This document shows positions 23,243 to 35,986 of a DNA stretch of 64,000 nucleotides, piece by piece. The translations under genes were made by a program, and so were the position numbers. The DNA is from Escherichia coli. GTDB lineage: Bacteria; Pseudomonadota; Gammaproteobacteria; Enterobacterales; Enterobacteriaceae. The notes below the pieces were generated by a model that was not told the DNA's origin, searched no databases, and was given only the letters and a program-made list of their open reading frames with translations. The number at the start of each line of letters is the position of its first letter. Positions within the stretch are counted from its first letter, which is position 1. The DNA lies in assembly GCF_003018235.1 (NCBI RefSeq), contig NZ_CP027437.1; one strand, given 5' to 3'.

Positions 23243-23483
23243 CTTTTCTGTTTTTTTACGGGCAAGCCGCAACGACCATTGACAGCCCCGGGCAGGCTGA
23301 TATTCTCCGCAGCCAGACTTTTTTCGCCAGACACGACTTTGTAGAAATTGTTTTACAAAAATGGCGATGCAATCTGCGGCTCGGGGTGGGATGATAGCCC
23401 ACTTTCGAAAGCCGATTCGGCGACAATTGTCCCGAAATCGCCTCTGGTTCAGGTATACTGACAGACCATTTTTATCTATTTGA

Positions 23484-23819
<336 letters not shown>

Positions 23820-23822
23820 TGC

Positions 23823-24290
23823 GTGAAGCTGCAACTTGTCGCCGTGGGAACGAAAATGCCGGACTGGGTACAAACTGGTTTTACCGAGTACCTGCGTCGT
23901 TTTCCGAAAGATATGCCCTTCGAGCTGATTGAAATTCCGGCCGGAAAACGCGGCAAGAATGCGGACATCAAGCGCATACTCGACAAAGAGGGTGAGCAGA
24001 TGTTGGCGGCCGCAGGCAAAAACCGCATTGTCACCCTCGATATTCCAGGCAAGCCCTGGGATACGCCGCAGTTAGCCGCTGAGCTGGAACGCTGGAAGCT
24101 GGATGGTCGCGACGTCAGTCTACTGATTGGCGGGCCTGAAGGGTTGTCGCCTGCCTGTAAAGCGGCGGCGGAGCAGAGCTGGTCGCTGTCGGCGCTTACC
24201 CTTCCCCATCCGCTGGTTCGCGTGCTGGTCGCAGAGAGTCTGTACCGGGCGTGGAGCATCACCACCAACCATCCTTATCACCGTGAGTGA
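23823..24290 (+). CDS. rlmH: 23S rRNA m3-pseudouridine1915 methyltransferase
   Basis: 155-aa SPOUT-family ORF, GTG start, 3 bp after rsfS. Confidence 0.92.
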
Positions 24291-24320
24291 TAAGGGAGCT
24301 TTGAGTAGAAAACGCAGCGG

Positions 24321-26222
24321 ATGAAACTACAGAACTCTTTTCGCGACTATACGGCAGAGTCCGCGCTGTTTGTGCGCCGGGCGCTGGTCGCCTTTTTGGG
24401 GATTTTGCTGCTGACCGGCGTGCTTATCGCCAACCTGTATAATCTGCAAATTGTTCGCTTTACCGATTACCAGACCCGCTCTAATGAAAACCGCATTAAG
24501 CTGGTGCCTATCGCACCCAGCCGCGGCATTATCTACGACCGTAACGGTATCCCTCTGGCACTTAACCGCACTATCTACCAGATAGAAATGATGCCGGAGA
24601 AAGTCGATAACGTGCAGCAAACGCTGGACGCTTTGCGCAGCGTGGTTGATCTGACCGATGACGATATTGCTGCATTCCGAAAAGAGCGCGCACGTTCACA
24701 CCGTTTCACCTCCATTCCGGTGAAAACTAACCTGACCGAAGTACAAGTGGCGCGCTTTGCCGTCAATCAGTACCGTTTTCCGGGTGTTGAAGTTAAAGGC
24801 TATAAACGTCGTTACTATCCTTACGGTTCGGCGTTGACCCACGTCATCGGCTATGTGTCGAAAATCAACGATAAAGACGTCGAACGCCTGAATAATGACG
24901 GCAAACTGGCCAACTATGCGGCAACGCATGATATAGGTAAGCTGGGCATTGAGCGTTACTATGAAGACGTGCTGCACGGTCAGACTGGTTATGAAGAGGT
25001 TGAAGTTAACAACCGTGGGCGTGTTATCCGCCAGTTAAAAGAAGTACCACCGCAAGCCGGACACGATATTTACCTGACGCTGGATCTCAAACTCCAGCAA
25101 TATATTGAAACGCTGCTGGCGGGTAGCCGCGCAGCTGTGGTAGTCACCGATCCGCGTACAGGTGGGGTGCTGGCGCTGGTTTCCACGCCTAGTTATGACC
25201 CAAACCTATTTGTTGACGGTATCTCCAGCAAAGATTATTCCGCCTTGCTGAACGACCCGAATACACCGCTGGTGAACCGCGCCACACAGGGGGTTTATCC
25301 TCCCGCGTCTACAGTTAAACCCTATGTGGCGGTTTCGGCATTGAGCGCCGGAGTGATCACGCGCAATACGACGCTGTTTGACCCAGGCTGGTGGCAACTG
25401 CCAGGTTCGGAAAAACGTTATCGTGACTGGAAAAAATGGGGCCACGGGCGTCTGAATGTCACAAGATCGCTGGAAGAATCTGCGGATACCTTCTTCTATC
25501 AGGTGGCCTACGATATGGGAATCGATCGCCTCTCCGAATGGATGGGTAAATTCGGTTATGGTCATTACACCGGTATCGACCTGGCGGAAGAACGTTCCGG
25601 CAACATGCCTACCCGCGAATGGAAACAGAAACGCTTTAAAAAACCGTGGTATCAGGGTGACACCATTCCGGTTGGTATCGGTCAGGGTTACTGGACAGCG
25701 ACCCCAATCCAGATGAGTAAGGCACTGATGATCCTGATTAATGACGGTATCGTGAAGGTTCCGCATTTGTTGATGAGCACCGCCGAAGACGGCAAACAGG
25801 TGCCATGGGTACAACCGCATGAACCGCCCGTCGGCGATATTCATTCCGGTTACTGGGAGCTGGCAAAAGACGGTATGTACGGTGTTGCTAACCGCCCTAA
25901 CGGTACGGCGCATAAATACTTTGCCAGCGCACCGTACAAAATTGCGGCGAAATCTGGTACAGCTCAGGTCTTCGGTCTGAAAGCGAACGAAACCTATAAT
26001 GCGCACAAAATTGCCGAGCGTTTACGTGACCACAAACTGATGACTGCCTTTGCGCCATACAACAATCCGCAAGTGGCTGTCGCCATGATTCTGGAGAACG
26101 GTGGCGCGGGTCCAGCGGTTGGTACGCTGATGCGCCAGATCCTCGACCACATTATGCTGGGTGATAACAACACCGATCTGCCTGCGGAAAATCCAGCGGT
26201 TGCCGCAGCGGAGGACCATTAA
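24321..26222 (+). CDS. mrdA: Penicillin-binding protein 2 (elongasome transpeptidase)
   Basis: 633-aa ORF with transpeptidase motifs STVK and KSGTA. Confidence 0.96.
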   Translation: MKLQNSFRDYTAESALFVRRALVAFLGILLLTGVLIANLYNLQIVRFTDYQTRSNENRIKLVPIAPSRGIIYDRNGIPLALNRTIYQIEMMPEKVDNVQQTLDALRSVVDLTDDDIAAFRKERARSHRFTSIPVKTNLTEVQVARFAVNQYRFPGVEVKGYKRRYYPYGSALTHVIGYVSKINDKDVERLNNDGKLANYAATHDIGKLGIERYYEDVLHGQTGYEEVEVNNRGRVIRQLKEVPPQAGHDIYLTLDLKLQQYIETLLAGSRAAVVVTDPRTGGVLALVSTPSYDPNLFVDGISSKDYSALLNDPNTPLVNRATQGVYPPASTVKPYVAVSALSAGVITRNTTLFDPGWWQLPGSEKRYRDWKKWGHGRLNVTRSLEESADTFFYQVAYDMGIDRLSEWMGKFGYGHYTGIDLAEERSGNMPTREWKQKRFKKPWYQGDTIPVGIGQGYWTATPIQMSKALMILINDGIVKVPHLLMSTAEDGKQVPWVQPHEPPVGDIHSGYWELAKDGMYGVANRPNGTAHKYFASAPYKIAAKSGTAQVFGLKANETYNAHKIAERLRDHKLMTAFAPYNNPQVAVAMILENGGAGPAVGTLMRQILDHIMLGDNNTDLPAENPAVAAAEDH

Positions 26223-26224
26223 TC

Positions 26225-27337
26225 ATGACGGATAATCCGAATAAAAAAACATTCTGGGATAAAGTCCATCTCGATCCCACAATGCTGCTGATCTTACTGG
26301 CATTGCTGGTTTACAGCGCCCTGGTTATCTGGAGCGCCAGCGGTCAGGATATTGGCATGATGGAGCGTAAAATCGGCCAAATCGCGATGGGTCTGGTCAT
26401 CATGGTGGTGATGGCGCAAATTCCTCCACGCGTTTATGAAGGCTGGGCCCCCTATCTCTATATCATCTGTATTATTTTGCTGGTGGCAGTAGATGCTTTT
26501 GGTGCCATCTCTAAAGGCGCTCAACGCTGGCTGGACCTCGGTATCGTTCGTTTTCAGCCGTCGGAAATTGCCAAAATAGCCGTACCACTGATGGTAGCGC
26601 GCTTTATCAACCGCGACGTTTGCCCGCCATCGTTGAAGAACACTGGCATCGCGCTGGTGCTGATATTTATGCCCACGCTGCTGGTGGCTGCACAGCCTGA
26701 CCTGGGAACATCAATCCTCGTTGCGCTTTCCGGTCTGTTTGTACTGTTCCTCTCTGGCCTTAGCTGGCGTCTGATTGGCGTCGCAGTAGTGCTGGTAGCG
26801 GCGTTCATTCCGATTCTGTGGTTCTTCCTGATGCATGATTACCAGCGCCAGCGCGTAATGATGCTCCTGGACCCGGAATCAGACCCACTCGGCGCGGGCT
26901 ATCACATTATTCAGTCTAAAATTGCTATTGGCTCCGGCGGATTACGCGGCAAAGGCTGGCTGCACGGCACTCAGTCACAACTTGAATTTCTCCCCGAACG
27001 CCATACCGACTTTATCTTCGCGGTACTGGCGGAAGAGCTGGGATTAGTGGGCATTTTGATTCTGCTCGCTCTCTACATTCTGCTGATCATGCGCGGGCTG
27101 TGGATAGCCGCCAGAGCGCAAACCACCTTTGGTCGCGTCATGGCTGGCGGCTTAATGCTGATATTATTCGTTTATGTCTTCGTAAATATTGGTATGGTAA
27201 GCGGTATTCTGCCGGTTGTAGGGGTTCCGCTCCCACTGGTCAGTTATGGAGGATCGGCGCTAATTGTGCTGATGGCTGGGTTCGGGATTGTAATGTCAAT
27301 CCACACCCACAGGAAAATGTTGTCGAAAAGCGTGTAA
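26225..27337 (+). CDS. mrdB: SEDS-family peptidoglycan glycosyltransferase RodA
   Basis: 370-aa polytopic membrane ORF immediately after mrdA. Confidence 0.95.
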   Translation: MTDNPNKKTFWDKVHLDPTMLLILLALLVYSALVIWSASGQDIGMMERKIGQIAMGLVIMVVMAQIPPRVYEGWAPYLYIICIILLVAVDAFGAISKGAQRWLDLGIVRFQPSEIAKIAVPLMVARFINRDVCPPSLKNTGIALVLIFMPTLLVAAQPDLGTSILVALSGLFVLFLSGLSWRLIGVAVVLVAAFIPILWFFLMHDYQRQRVMMLLDPESDPLGAGYHIIQSKIAIGSGGLRGKGWLHGTQSQLEFLPERHTDFIFAVLAEELGLVGILILLALYILLIMRGLWIAARAQTTFGRVMAGGLMLILFVYVFVNIGMVSGILPVVGVPLPLVSYGGSALIVLMAGFGIVMSIHTHRKMLSKSV

Positions 27338-27347
27338 GAGGTGCGCA

Positions 27348-28436
27348 ATGCGTAAGCTGTGGCTCGGGATCTGCATCGCGGCAGGAATGCTCGCGGCATG
27401 TACAAGCGATGATGGTCAGCAACAGACGGTAAGTGTACCGCAGCCTGCGGTATGTAACGGCCCCATAGTTGAAATTAGCGGGGCGGACCCGCGTTTCGAA
27501 CCACTGAACGCGACGGCAAATCAGGATTACCAGCGCGACGGTAAAAGCTACAAAATCGTGCAGGATCCGTCTCGATTTAGCCAGGCGGGACTGGCGGCAA
27601 TCTATGATGCCGAACCCGGCAGTAACCTGACGGCCTCTGGCGAAGCTTTCGATCCGACACAGCTGACGGCGGCCCATCCAACGCTTCCGATCCCCAGCTA
27701 CGCCAGAATCACTAACCTGGCTAACGGGCGAATGATCGTGGTGCGCATTAATGATCGCGGTCCTTACGGCAACGACCGCGTTATTTCGCTTTCTCGCGCG
27801 GCAGCTGACCGTCTTAACACGTCAAACAACACCAAAGTTCGTATCGATCCGATTATTGTCGCCCAGGATGGTTCGCTTTCTGGTCCTGGTATGGCCTGTA
27901 CCACAGTTGCTAAACAGACTTACGCCCTGCCTGCACCTCCCGATTTAAGCGGTGGCGCGGGAACAAGTTCAGTGTCTGGCCCGCAGGGTGACATTCTTCC
28001 GGTCAGTAATTCGACGCTAAAAAGCGAAGATCCGACCGGCGCGCCGGTAACCAGCAGCGGTTTCCTCGGTGCACCAACGACCTTAGCGCCTGGAGTTCTG
28101 GAAGGCAGCGAACCAACACCTGCGCCACAGCCCGTTGTTACAGCTCCGTCGACAACGCCTGCAACCTCGCCTGCAATGGTGACACCGCAAGCCGCCTCGC
28201 AAAGCGCCAGCGGCAACTTTATGGTGCAAGTTGGGGCCGTAAGCGATCAGGCGCGTGCGCAACAGTACCAACAGCAACTGGGACAGAAGTTCGGCGTCCC
28301 CGGTCGCGTAACTCAAAATGGCGCGGTCTGGCGGATCCAGCTTGGCCCATTCGCCAGCAAAGCCGAAGCCAGTACCTTGCAGCAACGTTTGCAAACCGAA
28401 GCCCAATTACAGTCATTTATTACCACCGCGCAGTAG
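27348..28436 (+). CDS. rlpA: Rare lipoprotein A (lytic transglycosylase-like, C-terminal SPOR domain)
   Basis: 362-aa ORF with lipobox LAAC, Pro/Ala/Thr-rich linker and C-terminal SPOR-like region. Confidence 0.93.
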   Translation: MRKLWLGICIAAGMLAACTSDDGQQQTVSVPQPAVCNGPIVEISGADPRFEPLNATANQDYQRDGKSYKIVQDPSRFSQAGLAAIYDAEPGSNLTASGEAFDPTQLTAAHPTLPIPSYARITNLANGRMIVVRINDRGPYGNDRVISLSRAAADRLNTSNNTKVRIDPIIVAQDGSLSGPGMACTTVAKQTYALPAPPDLSGGAGTSSVSGPQGDILPVSNSTLKSEDPTGAPVTSSGFLGAPTTLAPGVLEGSEPTPAPQPVVTAPSTTPATSPAMVTPQAASQSASGNFMVQVGAVSDQARAQQYQQQLGQKFGVPGRVTQNGAVWRIQLGPFASKAEASTLQQRLQTEAQLQSFITTAQ

Positions 28437-28575
28437 CGTAAAGCAGGCATCTGATGTGTCAATTTCTGTAAATGACGTTAACAAAGTCACGCGGAAAGTC
28501 AGATGCCTGCCGGTAGTGCATTTGCTATAGTAGGGCACTTTTTTTAATTCCATCACGGATGTCGTAGTTCAGACC

Positions 28576-29787
28576 ATGAATACCATTTTTTCCGCTCGTA
28601 TCATGAAGCGCCTGGCGCTCACCACGGCTCTTTGCACAGCCTTTATCTCTGCTGCACATGCCGATGACCTGAATATCAAAACTATGATCCCGGGTGTACC
28701 GCAGATCGATGCGGAGTCCTACATCCTGATTGACTATAACTCCGGCAAAGTGCTCGCCGAACAGAACGCAGATGTCCGCCGCGATCCTGCCAGCCTGACC
28801 AAAATGATGACCAGTTACGTTATCGGCCAGGCAATGAAAGCCGGTAAATTTAAAGAAACTGATTTAGTCACCATCGGCAACGACGCATGGGCCACCGGTA
28901 ACCCGGTATTTAAAGGTTCTTCGCTGATGTTCCTCAAACCGGGCATGCAGGTTCCGGTTTCTCAGCTGATCCGCGGTATTAACCTGCAATCGGGTAACGA
29001 TGCTTGTGTCGCCATGGCCGATTTTGCCGCTGGTAGCCAGGACGCTTTTGTTGGCTTGATGAACAGCTACGTTAACGCACTGGGCCTGAAAAATACCCAC
29101 TTCCAGACGGTACATGGTCTGGATGCTGATGGTCAGTACAGCTCCGCGCGAGATATGGCGCTGATCGGCCAGGCGTTGATCCGTGACGTACCGAATGAAT
29201 ACTCGATCTATAAAGAAAAAGAATTTACGTTTAACGGTATTCGCCAGCTGAACCGTAACGGTCTGTTATGGGATAACAGCCTGAATGTCGACGGCATCAA
29301 AACCGGACACACTGACAAAGCAGGTTACAACCTTGTTGCTTCTGCGACTGAAGGCCAGATGCGCTTGATCTCTGCGGTGATGGGCGGACGTACTTTTAAA
29401 GGCCGTGAAGCCGAAAGTAAAAAACTGCTGACCTGGGGCTTCCGTTTCTTCGAAACCGTTAACCCACTGAAAGTAGGTAAAGAGTTCGCCTCTGAACCGG
29501 TTTGGTTTGGTGATTCTGATCGCGCTTCGTTAGGTGTTGATAAAGACGTGTATCTGACCATTCCGCGTGGCCGCATGAAAGATCTGAAAGCCAGCTATGT
29601 GCTGAACAGCAGTGAATTGCATGCGCCGCTGCAAAAGAATCAGGTCGTCGGTACTATCAACTTCCAGCTTGATGGCAAAACGATCGAACAACGCCCGCTG
29701 GTTGTGCTGCAAGAAATCCCGGAAGGCAACTTCTTCGGCAAAATCATTGATTACATTAAATTAATGTTCCATCACTGGTTTGGTTAA
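28576..29787 (+). CDS. dacA: D-alanyl-D-alanine carboxypeptidase PBP5
   Basis: 403-aa ORF with signal peptide and SxxK (SLTK), SGN and KTG motifs. Confidence 0.95.
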
Positions 29788-29841
29788 AAATCGAACACTT
29801 GAAAGTGTAATTTCCGTCCCCATATACTAAGCATCAGTAAA

Positions 29842-29875
29842 AAACTCCCGCCTTCTGGCGGGAGTTGCTATTTAA
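29842..29875 (+). terminator. Intrinsic terminator after dacA
   Basis: ACTCCCGCC-TTCT-GGCGGGAGT hairpin followed by T-rich tract. Confidence 0.6.
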
Positions 29876-29896
29876 TTACGTTACGCCGGAGCTGAC

Positions 29897-30160
29897 ATGA
29901 AAACCAAACTTAACGAACTGCTTGAATTCCCTACTCCTTTTACTTACAAAGTTATGGGGCAGGCGTTACCTGAGCTGGTTGATCAGGTGGTTGAAGTGGT
30001 ACAGCGCCATGCGCCAGGTGACTACACCCCAACGGTAAAACCAAGCAGCAAAGGCAACTACCACTCGGTATCTATCACTATCAACGCTACTCATATCGAG
30101 CAGGTTGAAACACTGTATGAAGAACTGGGCAAAATCGATATTGTCCGCATGGTTCTGTAA
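29897..30160 (+). CDS. ybeD: UPF0250-family small protein
   Basis: 87-aa ORF immediately upstream of lipB. Confidence 0.9.
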
Positions 30161-30259
30161 CTCGCTTCTCCGTTACCCGGCTCCTGGTCGGGTAACTCCC
30201 CTCTCCTCGCTGTGATATACTTTTCCCCACTTTTACTCATTCTCCACGGAGATGCCGTT

Positions 30260-30901
30260 TTGTATCAGGATAAAATTCTTGTCCGCCAGCTCGGTCTTCA
30301 GCCTTACGAGCCAATCTCCCAGGCTATGCATGAATTCACCAATACCCGCGATGATAGTACCCTTGATGAAATCTGGCTGGTCGAGCACTATCCGGTATTC
30401 ACCCAAGGGCAGGCAGGAAAGGCGGAGCACATTTTAATGCCGGGTGATATTCCGGTGATTCAGAGCGATCGCGGTGGGCAGGTGACTTATCACGGGCCGG
30501 GGCAACAGGTGATGTATGTGTTGCTTAACCTGAAACGCCGTAAACTCGGTGTGCGTGAACTGGTGACCTTGCTTGAGCAAACAGTGGTGAATACCCTGGC
30601 TGAACTGGGTATAGAAGCGCATCCTCGGGCTGACGCGCCTGGTGTCTATGTCGGGGAAAAGAAAATTTGCTCACTGGGTTTACGTATTCGACGCGGTTGT
30701 TCATTCCACGGTCTGGCATTAAACGTCAATATGGATCTTTCACCATTTTTACGTATTAATCCTTGTGGGTATGCCGGAATGGAAATGGCTAAAATATCAC
30801 AATGGAAACCCGAAGCGACGACTAATAATATTGCACCACGTTTACTGGAAAATATTTTAGCGCTACTAAACAATCCTGACTTCGAATATATTACCGCTTA
30901 A
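30260..30901 (+). CDS. lipB: Octanoyl-[ACP]:protein N-octanoyltransferase
   Basis: 213-aa protein from TTG 30260 ([12 protein letters not shown]...); track ORF 30212 is an extension. Confidence 0.92.
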   Translation: MYQDKILVRQLGLQPYEPISQAMHEFTNTRDDSTLDEIWLVEHYPVFTQGQAGKAEHILMPGDIPVIQSDRGGQVTYHGPGQQVMYVLLNLKRRKLGVRELVTLLEQTVVNTLAELGIEAHPRADAPGVYVGEKKICSLGLRIRRGCSFHGLALNVNMDLSPFLRINPCGYAGMEMAKISQWKPEATTNNIAPRLLENILALLNNPDFEYITA

Positions 30902-31160
30902 TTCCATACATCAATGGCCCAATTTACACTGGGTCATTACTCATAATACCTGCTAATGCTTTACATCTCCTTCGCGTTTGTATATTTTCTTTATCACTTG
31001 CAGAAATGCGATGCTACGCCTTGCTCCGTAACTCACCCCATTGATTAACTTATTGAAATAGTTGATTATGGTGAGCAAAAGCGTTCCGTTCCAATTAGAC
31101 ATAAGATTATTGTAATTTTTTTAAATATTATTTTTCCATGAATAAAATTGGAGTAAGTGC

Positions 31161-32114
31161 GTGGATAGTAATAATCAAATTGAAACCTGTTTAAGCAGAA
31201 AGTCGTCAGAAGGTAAACCACAAATATTTACAACCTTACGAAATATTGATCTTAACCTTCTGACTATTTTTGAAGCTGTATATGTACATAAAGGGATCGT
31301 TAATGCAGCGAAAGTGCTTAATCTGACACCCTCGGCAATCAGTCAGTCTATTCAGAAACTGCGCGTTATATTCCCTGACCCATTGTTTATTCGCAAAGGC
31401 CAGGGTGTCACTCCTACCGCATTTGCGATGCATCTACATGAGTATATCAGTCAGGGCCTTGAGTCCATTCTTGGCGCGCTGGATATCGAAGGAAGCTATG
31501 ATAAGCAACGAACGATAACTATTGCGACCACCCCCTCAGTCGGAGCCTTGGTCCTTCCTGTCATCTATCGGGCGATTAAAACTCACTATCCGCAGCTTTT
31601 ACTGCGCAACCCGCCCATCAGCGACGCGGAAAACCAACTCAGTCAGTTTCAAACCGATCTCATCATCGATAACATGTTTTGCACCAATCGTACGGTGCAA
31701 CATCATGTTCTGTTCACCGACAATATGGTGTTAATTTGCCGTGAGGGAAATCCACTACTCTCTTTAGAAGATGACAGGGAGACTATCGACAACGCTGCGC
31801 ATATACTCCTGTTACCGGAAGGGCAAAATTTCAGCGGTCTGCGGCAGAGAGTTCAAGAGATGTTTCCGGACCGGCAAATCAGTTTCACCAGCTACAACAT
31901 TTTGACAATCGCTGCACTGGTTGCCAACAGTGACATGTTAGCGATTATTCCCAGCCGTTTTTATAACCTGTTTAGCCGTTGTTGGCCGCTGGAAAAACTG
32001 CCTTTTCCGTCCTTAAATGAGGAGCAAATAGATTTCTCTATCCACTACAACAAATTCAGCCTGCGTGATCCCATCCTGCACGGGGTAATAGATGTTATCC
32101 GTAATGCATTTTGA
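31161..32114 (+). CDS. ybeF: LysR-family transcriptional regulator (AT-rich gene)
   Basis: 317-aa ORF with N-terminal LysR HTH (TPSAISQSIQKLR); GTG start; lower GC than neighbours. Confidence 0.85.
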   Translation: MDSNNQIETCLSRKSSEGKPQIFTTLRNIDLNLLTIFEAVYVHKGIVNAAKVLNLTPSAISQSIQKLRVIFPDPLFIRKGQGVTPTAFAMHLHEYISQGLESILGALDIEGSYDKQRTITIATTPSVGALVLPVIYRAIKTHYPQLLLRNPPISDAENQLSQFQTDLIIDNMFCTNRTVQHHVLFTDNMVLICREGNPLLSLEDDRETIDNAAHILLLPEGQNFSGLRQRVQEMFPDRQISFTSYNILTIAALVANSDMLAIIPSRFYNLFSRCWPLEKLPFPSLNEEQIDFSIHYNKFSLRDPILHGVIDVIRNAF

Positions 32115-32322
32115 AAAAGTATTGTTACAGCCAGATCACAGCGAAGAGCGAAAAAATGGCACAATCCAACAACAATTTTACATTTTCGCGACCGCTTTGG
32201 CTGCTTTCAGGTCCGTTTCAATGATATACTGCCAGTCGTTAATTCAAAAATAGTTGATAATTACAACAATCTATTGAATTGAAACGCTTTCCTTCGTAAT
32301 TCGCAACTGGAACACGCACGCT

Positions 32323-33288
32323 ATGAGTAAACCCATTGTGATGGAACGCGGTGTTAAATACCGCGATGCCGATAAGATGGCCCTTATCCCGGTTAAAAAC
32401 GTGGCAACAGAGCGCGAAGCCCTGCTGCGCAAGCCGGAATGGATGAAAATCAAGCTTCCAGCGGACTCTACACGTATCCAGGGCATCAAAGCCGCAATGC
32501 GCAAAAATGGCCTGCATTCTGTCTGCGAGGAAGCCTCCTGCCCTAACCTGGCGGAATGCTTCAACCACGGCACAGCAACGTTTATGATCCTCGGCGCTAT
32601 TTGTACCCGCCGTTGTCCGTTCTGTGACGTTGCCCACGGTCGCCCGGTAGCTCCGGATGCCAATGAACCAGTGAAACTGGCGCAGACCATTGCCGATATG
32701 GCGCTGCGTTATGTGGTTATCACCTCCGTTGACCGTGATGACCTGCGCGATGGCGGTGCCCAGCACTTTGCGGATTGCATTACTGCCATTCGGGAAAAAA
32801 GCCCGCAAATCAAAATTGAAACTCTGGTGCCGGATTTCCGCGGTCGTATGGATCGTGCTCTGGATATTCTGACCGCCACACCACCAGATGTGTTCAACCA
32901 TAACCTGGAAAACGTACCGCGTATTTACCGTCAGGTACGGCCTGGTGCAGATTACAACTGGTCGCTGAAGCTGCTGGAACGCTTTAAAGAAGCGCATCCG
33001 GAAATCCCGACCAAGTCTGGTCTGATGGTGGGTCTGGGTGAAACCAATGAAGAAATTATTGAGGTAATGCGCGACCTGCGCCGTCATGGTGTGACGATGC
33101 TAACGCTGGGGCAATATTTGCAGCCAAGCCGCCATCACCTGCCGGTTCAACGTTACGTTAGCCCGGATGAGTTCGACGAAATGAAAGCCGAAGCGCTGGC
33201 GATGGGCTTTACCCATGCTGCATGCGGTCCGTTTGTCCGCTCGTCTTACCACGCCGATTTGCAGGCGAAAGGGATGGAAGTTAAGTAA
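32323..33288 (+). CDS. lipA: Lipoyl synthase (radical SAM)
   Basis: 321-aa ORF with CPNLAEC and CTRRCPFC cluster motifs. Confidence 0.96.
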
Positions 33289-33316
33289 TCCTGTAATAAT
33301 TACTTACATCTGTCTG

Positions 33317-33349
33317 ATAAAAAACCCGCTTTTTGAAGCGGGTTTTTTG
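33317..33349. terminator. Bidirectional intrinsic terminator between convergent lipA and tatE
   Basis: AAAAAACCCGCTTTTTGAAGCGGGTTTTTTG: hairpin flanked by A-run and T-run. Confidence 0.75.
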
Positions 33350-33388
33350 TATCGAACAAGATATTGAGGGAGCGTCCTGCTCGCCACG

Positions 33389-33592
33389 TCACTCTTTATG
33401 AGAGAGCTTTTCAGCCTGAAGATCAACGTCTGCGCCTTTTTTCGCCGCAGCATCGTCATCATTCATCGCCTTCTTGAACCCTTTAATGGCCGCTCCAAGG
33501 TCTCCGCCCAGCGTACGTAACTTCTTAGTCCCAAACAGCAGAACGACCAGCGCCGCAACTACCAGCAGTTTGGTAATACTAATCTCACCCAT
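33389..33592 (-). CDS. tatE: Twin-arginine translocase subunit TatE (TatA paralogue)
   Basis: 67-aa [29 protein letters not shown]... Confidence 0.93.
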   Translation of the reverse strand: MGEISITKLLVVAALVVLLFGTKKLRTLGGDLGAAIKGFKKAMNDDDAAAKKGADVDLQAEKLSHKE

Positions 33593-33720
33593 AGATACCT
33601 TCTTGACATATAACCGGCAACAGAACGCGCCTTAAAAACCAGAGAATATTAACGGTCATTCGACGCGCGCACACAATAGCAATCTGTAACAAGGTGAATC
33701 AAGCGCCGAGTAAAAAAACA

Positions 33721-34515
33721 TCATAATAATTGCGGCGGCGCAAAGCGACGGTTGTTTAAGACGGGCAGTTGCGCGCGCACCTGACGCACACGTTCGGGCG
33801 TCACTTCCGCCATAATGAGTGCAGGCATTTCTGACGCTGCCGCAATGGTGACGCCAAAGGGATCTATAATCCGGCTTTGCCCGATATTTTTGTTCCCGCA
33901 CTCCCCCGCCGCCACCATATAACAGGTGGTATCCAGCGCACGAGCGGCAAGCAACGTTGACCAGTGATGCTCTTTGAGCGGCCCGCGAACCCAGGCGGCA
34001 GGAAGTACCAGGATTTCAGCTCCCTGTAATGCCTGTGCCAGCGCCAGCTCTGGAAAGCGTAAGTCATAACAGGTCATCAGACCGACCTTCATCCCTTCCA
34101 CCTCCAGTAACGGAGCTATTTCATTACCAGCATCAACATGGCGTGATTCCTGAATGGCAAATGCATCATAGAGATGCAGTTTGGCATAACGGGCGACGAT
34201 GTTTCCTGCCTGAAGTGCCACCAGCATATTCCATGCGCGCCCCGGCGTTGAAGGAACATGAATCGTCAGAATTGTCGTCATCATGTTACGTTTACTTTCT
34301 CGCCGTAAACGTCCGAGGAATTCGCCTTCCAGCAGCTGCGCTGATTTAACCGATAGATCTGCATCATGATCATCACGCGCCAACAATGCTTCCGGCAGGA
34401 CAAACAGCGAAACGTCGTTTTCCGCCGCCTGCGCCATCAACGAGGCACAAATCTCAGCGTTCTTTTCCCACACAGATGTAACAGCAAACTGTCCTGCGGC
34501 AACCAGCATTGCCAC
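33721..34515 (-). CDS. ybeM: Nitrilase-superfamily carbon-nitrogen hydrolase, apparently intact
   Basis: 264-aa uninterrupted ORF with C-N hydrolase fold; upstream of tatE on the same strand. Confidence 0.8.
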   Translation of the reverse strand: MAMLVAAGQFAVTSVWEKNAEICASLMAQAAENDVSLFVLPEALLARDDHDADLSVKSAQLLEGEFLGRLRRESKRNMMTTILTIHVPSTPGRAWNMLVALQAGNIVARYAKLHLYDAFAIQESRHVDAGNEIAPLLEVEGMKVGLMTCYDLRFPELALAQALQGAEILVLPAAWVRGPLKEHHWSTLLAARALDTTCYMVAAGECGNKNIGQSRIIDPFGVTIAAASEMPALIMAEVTPERVRQVRAQLPVLNNRRFAPPQLL

Positions 34516-34604
34516 CTCCTCCTGTCAGAGTCGTAAAATTCGCCAACGGCGATTATTCGGCGTTACACTTATCACTCATACAAATCAAATAGCAGGATTT
34601 TGCA

Positions 34605-34988
34605 GTGTTACAACTTCTTTTAGCAGTTTTTATTGGCGGTGGTACGGGAAGCGTGGCGAGATGGCTGTTAAGTATGCGATTTAACCCGCTGCATCAAGCG
34701 ATTCCGTTGGGGACGCTGGCTGCAAACCTGATTGGGGCATTCATCATAGGAATGGGATTCGCCTGGTTTAGCAGGATGACGAACATTGATCCAGTGTGGA
34801 AAGTATTAATCACCACCGGATTTTGTGGCGGTCTAACAACCTTCTCAACATTTTCGGCAGAAGTGGTGTTTTTGTTACAAGAGGGCCGCTTTGGCTGGGC
34901 GTTACTGAACGTTTTCGTCAACCTTTTGGGGTCTTTTGCCATGACCGCACTGGCTTTCTGGCTGTTTTCCGCCTCAACCGCACACTAA
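34605..34988 (+). CDS. crcB: Fluoride channel CrcB/Fluc
   Basis: 127-aa four-TM ORF, GTG start, [12 protein letters not shown] signature. Confidence 0.92.
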
Positions 34989-34993
34989 AGACC

Positions 34994-35026
34994 AAAAAAA
35001 ACCCGCTGATTAAGCGGGTTTTGAAT
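34994..35026. terminator. Bidirectional intrinsic terminator between convergent crcB and cspE
   Basis: AAAAAAAACCCGCTGATTAAGCGGGTTTTG hairpin flanked by A- and T-runs. Confidence 0.75.
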
Positions 35027-35041
35027 TCTTGCTGACGTATC

Positions 35042-35251
35042 TTACAGAGCGATTACGTTTGCAGCAGAAGGGCCTTTGGCACCGTTAGTGATTTCGAACT
35101 CTACGCGCTGACCTTCAGCAAGAGTTTTAAAACCATTAGTCTGGATTGCAGAGAAGTGTACGAACACGTCTTTGCTGCCGTCTTCCGGAGTAATGAAACC
35201 GAATCCTTTGGACTCATTAAACCACTTAACGTTACCTTTAATCTTAGACAT
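35042..35251 (-). CDS. cspE: Cold-shock-domain protein CspE
   Basis: 69-aa protein [20 protein letters not shown] (RNP1 motif); track ORF extends 28 codons upstream. Confidence 0.95.
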
Positions 35252-35425
35252 CAAAATTACCTTTACATGAAAAATAGACACAAATGCTGTGTCGGTTACC
35301 AGTACACCAATTGTGGTACGCTTTGTCCAGTGCAACTTTACTAAAAAGTGATAAAAGTCGCGTTATTTTTGATGTTAATTATTTTACTCATTGATTTTAA
35401 AGAGTTTACTAAAATTTCATTTGTC

Positions 35426-35986
35426 TCAAAACTGAAAGCGCATCCAGGCAAAGTACACATTGCCATTGTTATAGGTACCCGGAATGTAGGTCATCTGAAA
35501 AGTCACTGGACCATAACCCACAGAGGCCAATGGCAGTAGAACCGGGAGAGGGATGTAATTCCAGTTATCGCGTGCCGTTACGCCAGCGGTGAATCCCAGT
35601 CCTAAATGAAAATTTTCATCTGCCAGCGGTCGCCAGGTACTTTCCCATCCGTATCCGGCAATCGGTTCCCATTTGTTCCACGAGTCCTTAAATGCCATGG
35701 CATACAGGCCATGCCAGTTTCCTTTTTCATCCCATCGCGACTGACCAAAACCGCCCCCCCACGGTCGCTCGTTATAGCGATCGGTTTTTTCTTTGTCGTA
35801 AGCGAAACGTGCATGCCAGGTGATGGCAGGAATATATAAATCATAATGTTCAGGCTGTTGCCAGGTTTGTGCAATATTTTCTCTAAACGTTGTCATCCAC
35901 TCATCTGCGTTAGCAAAAACTTTACCAACGCTGATTAACTGAATAAAAACAAAGGAAAAGATAGCGACATATTTACTCACGTTCAT
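35426..35986 (-). CDS. pagP: Lipid A palmitoyltransferase PagP (outer-membrane beta-barrel)
   Basis: 186-aa protein [25 protein letters not shown]... with C-terminal FAWMRFQF. Confidence 0.93.
   Translation of the reverse strand: MNVSKYVAIFSFVFIQLISVGKVFANADEWMTTFRENIAQTWQQPEHYDLYIPAITWHARFAYDKEKTDRYNERPWGGGFGQSRWDEKGNWHGLYAMAFKDSWNKWEPIAGYGWESTWRPLADENFHLGLGFTAGVTARDNWNYIPLPVLLPLASVGYGPVTFQMTYIPGTYNNGNVYFAWMRFQF

Noticed and set aside
34516-34604. Possible fluoride riboswitch upstream of crcB
   Set aside because: A crcB-motif riboswitch is common upstream of crcB in other bacteria, but this 89-bp leader shows no recognisable match to its conserved stems and loops as I recall them. Not called.
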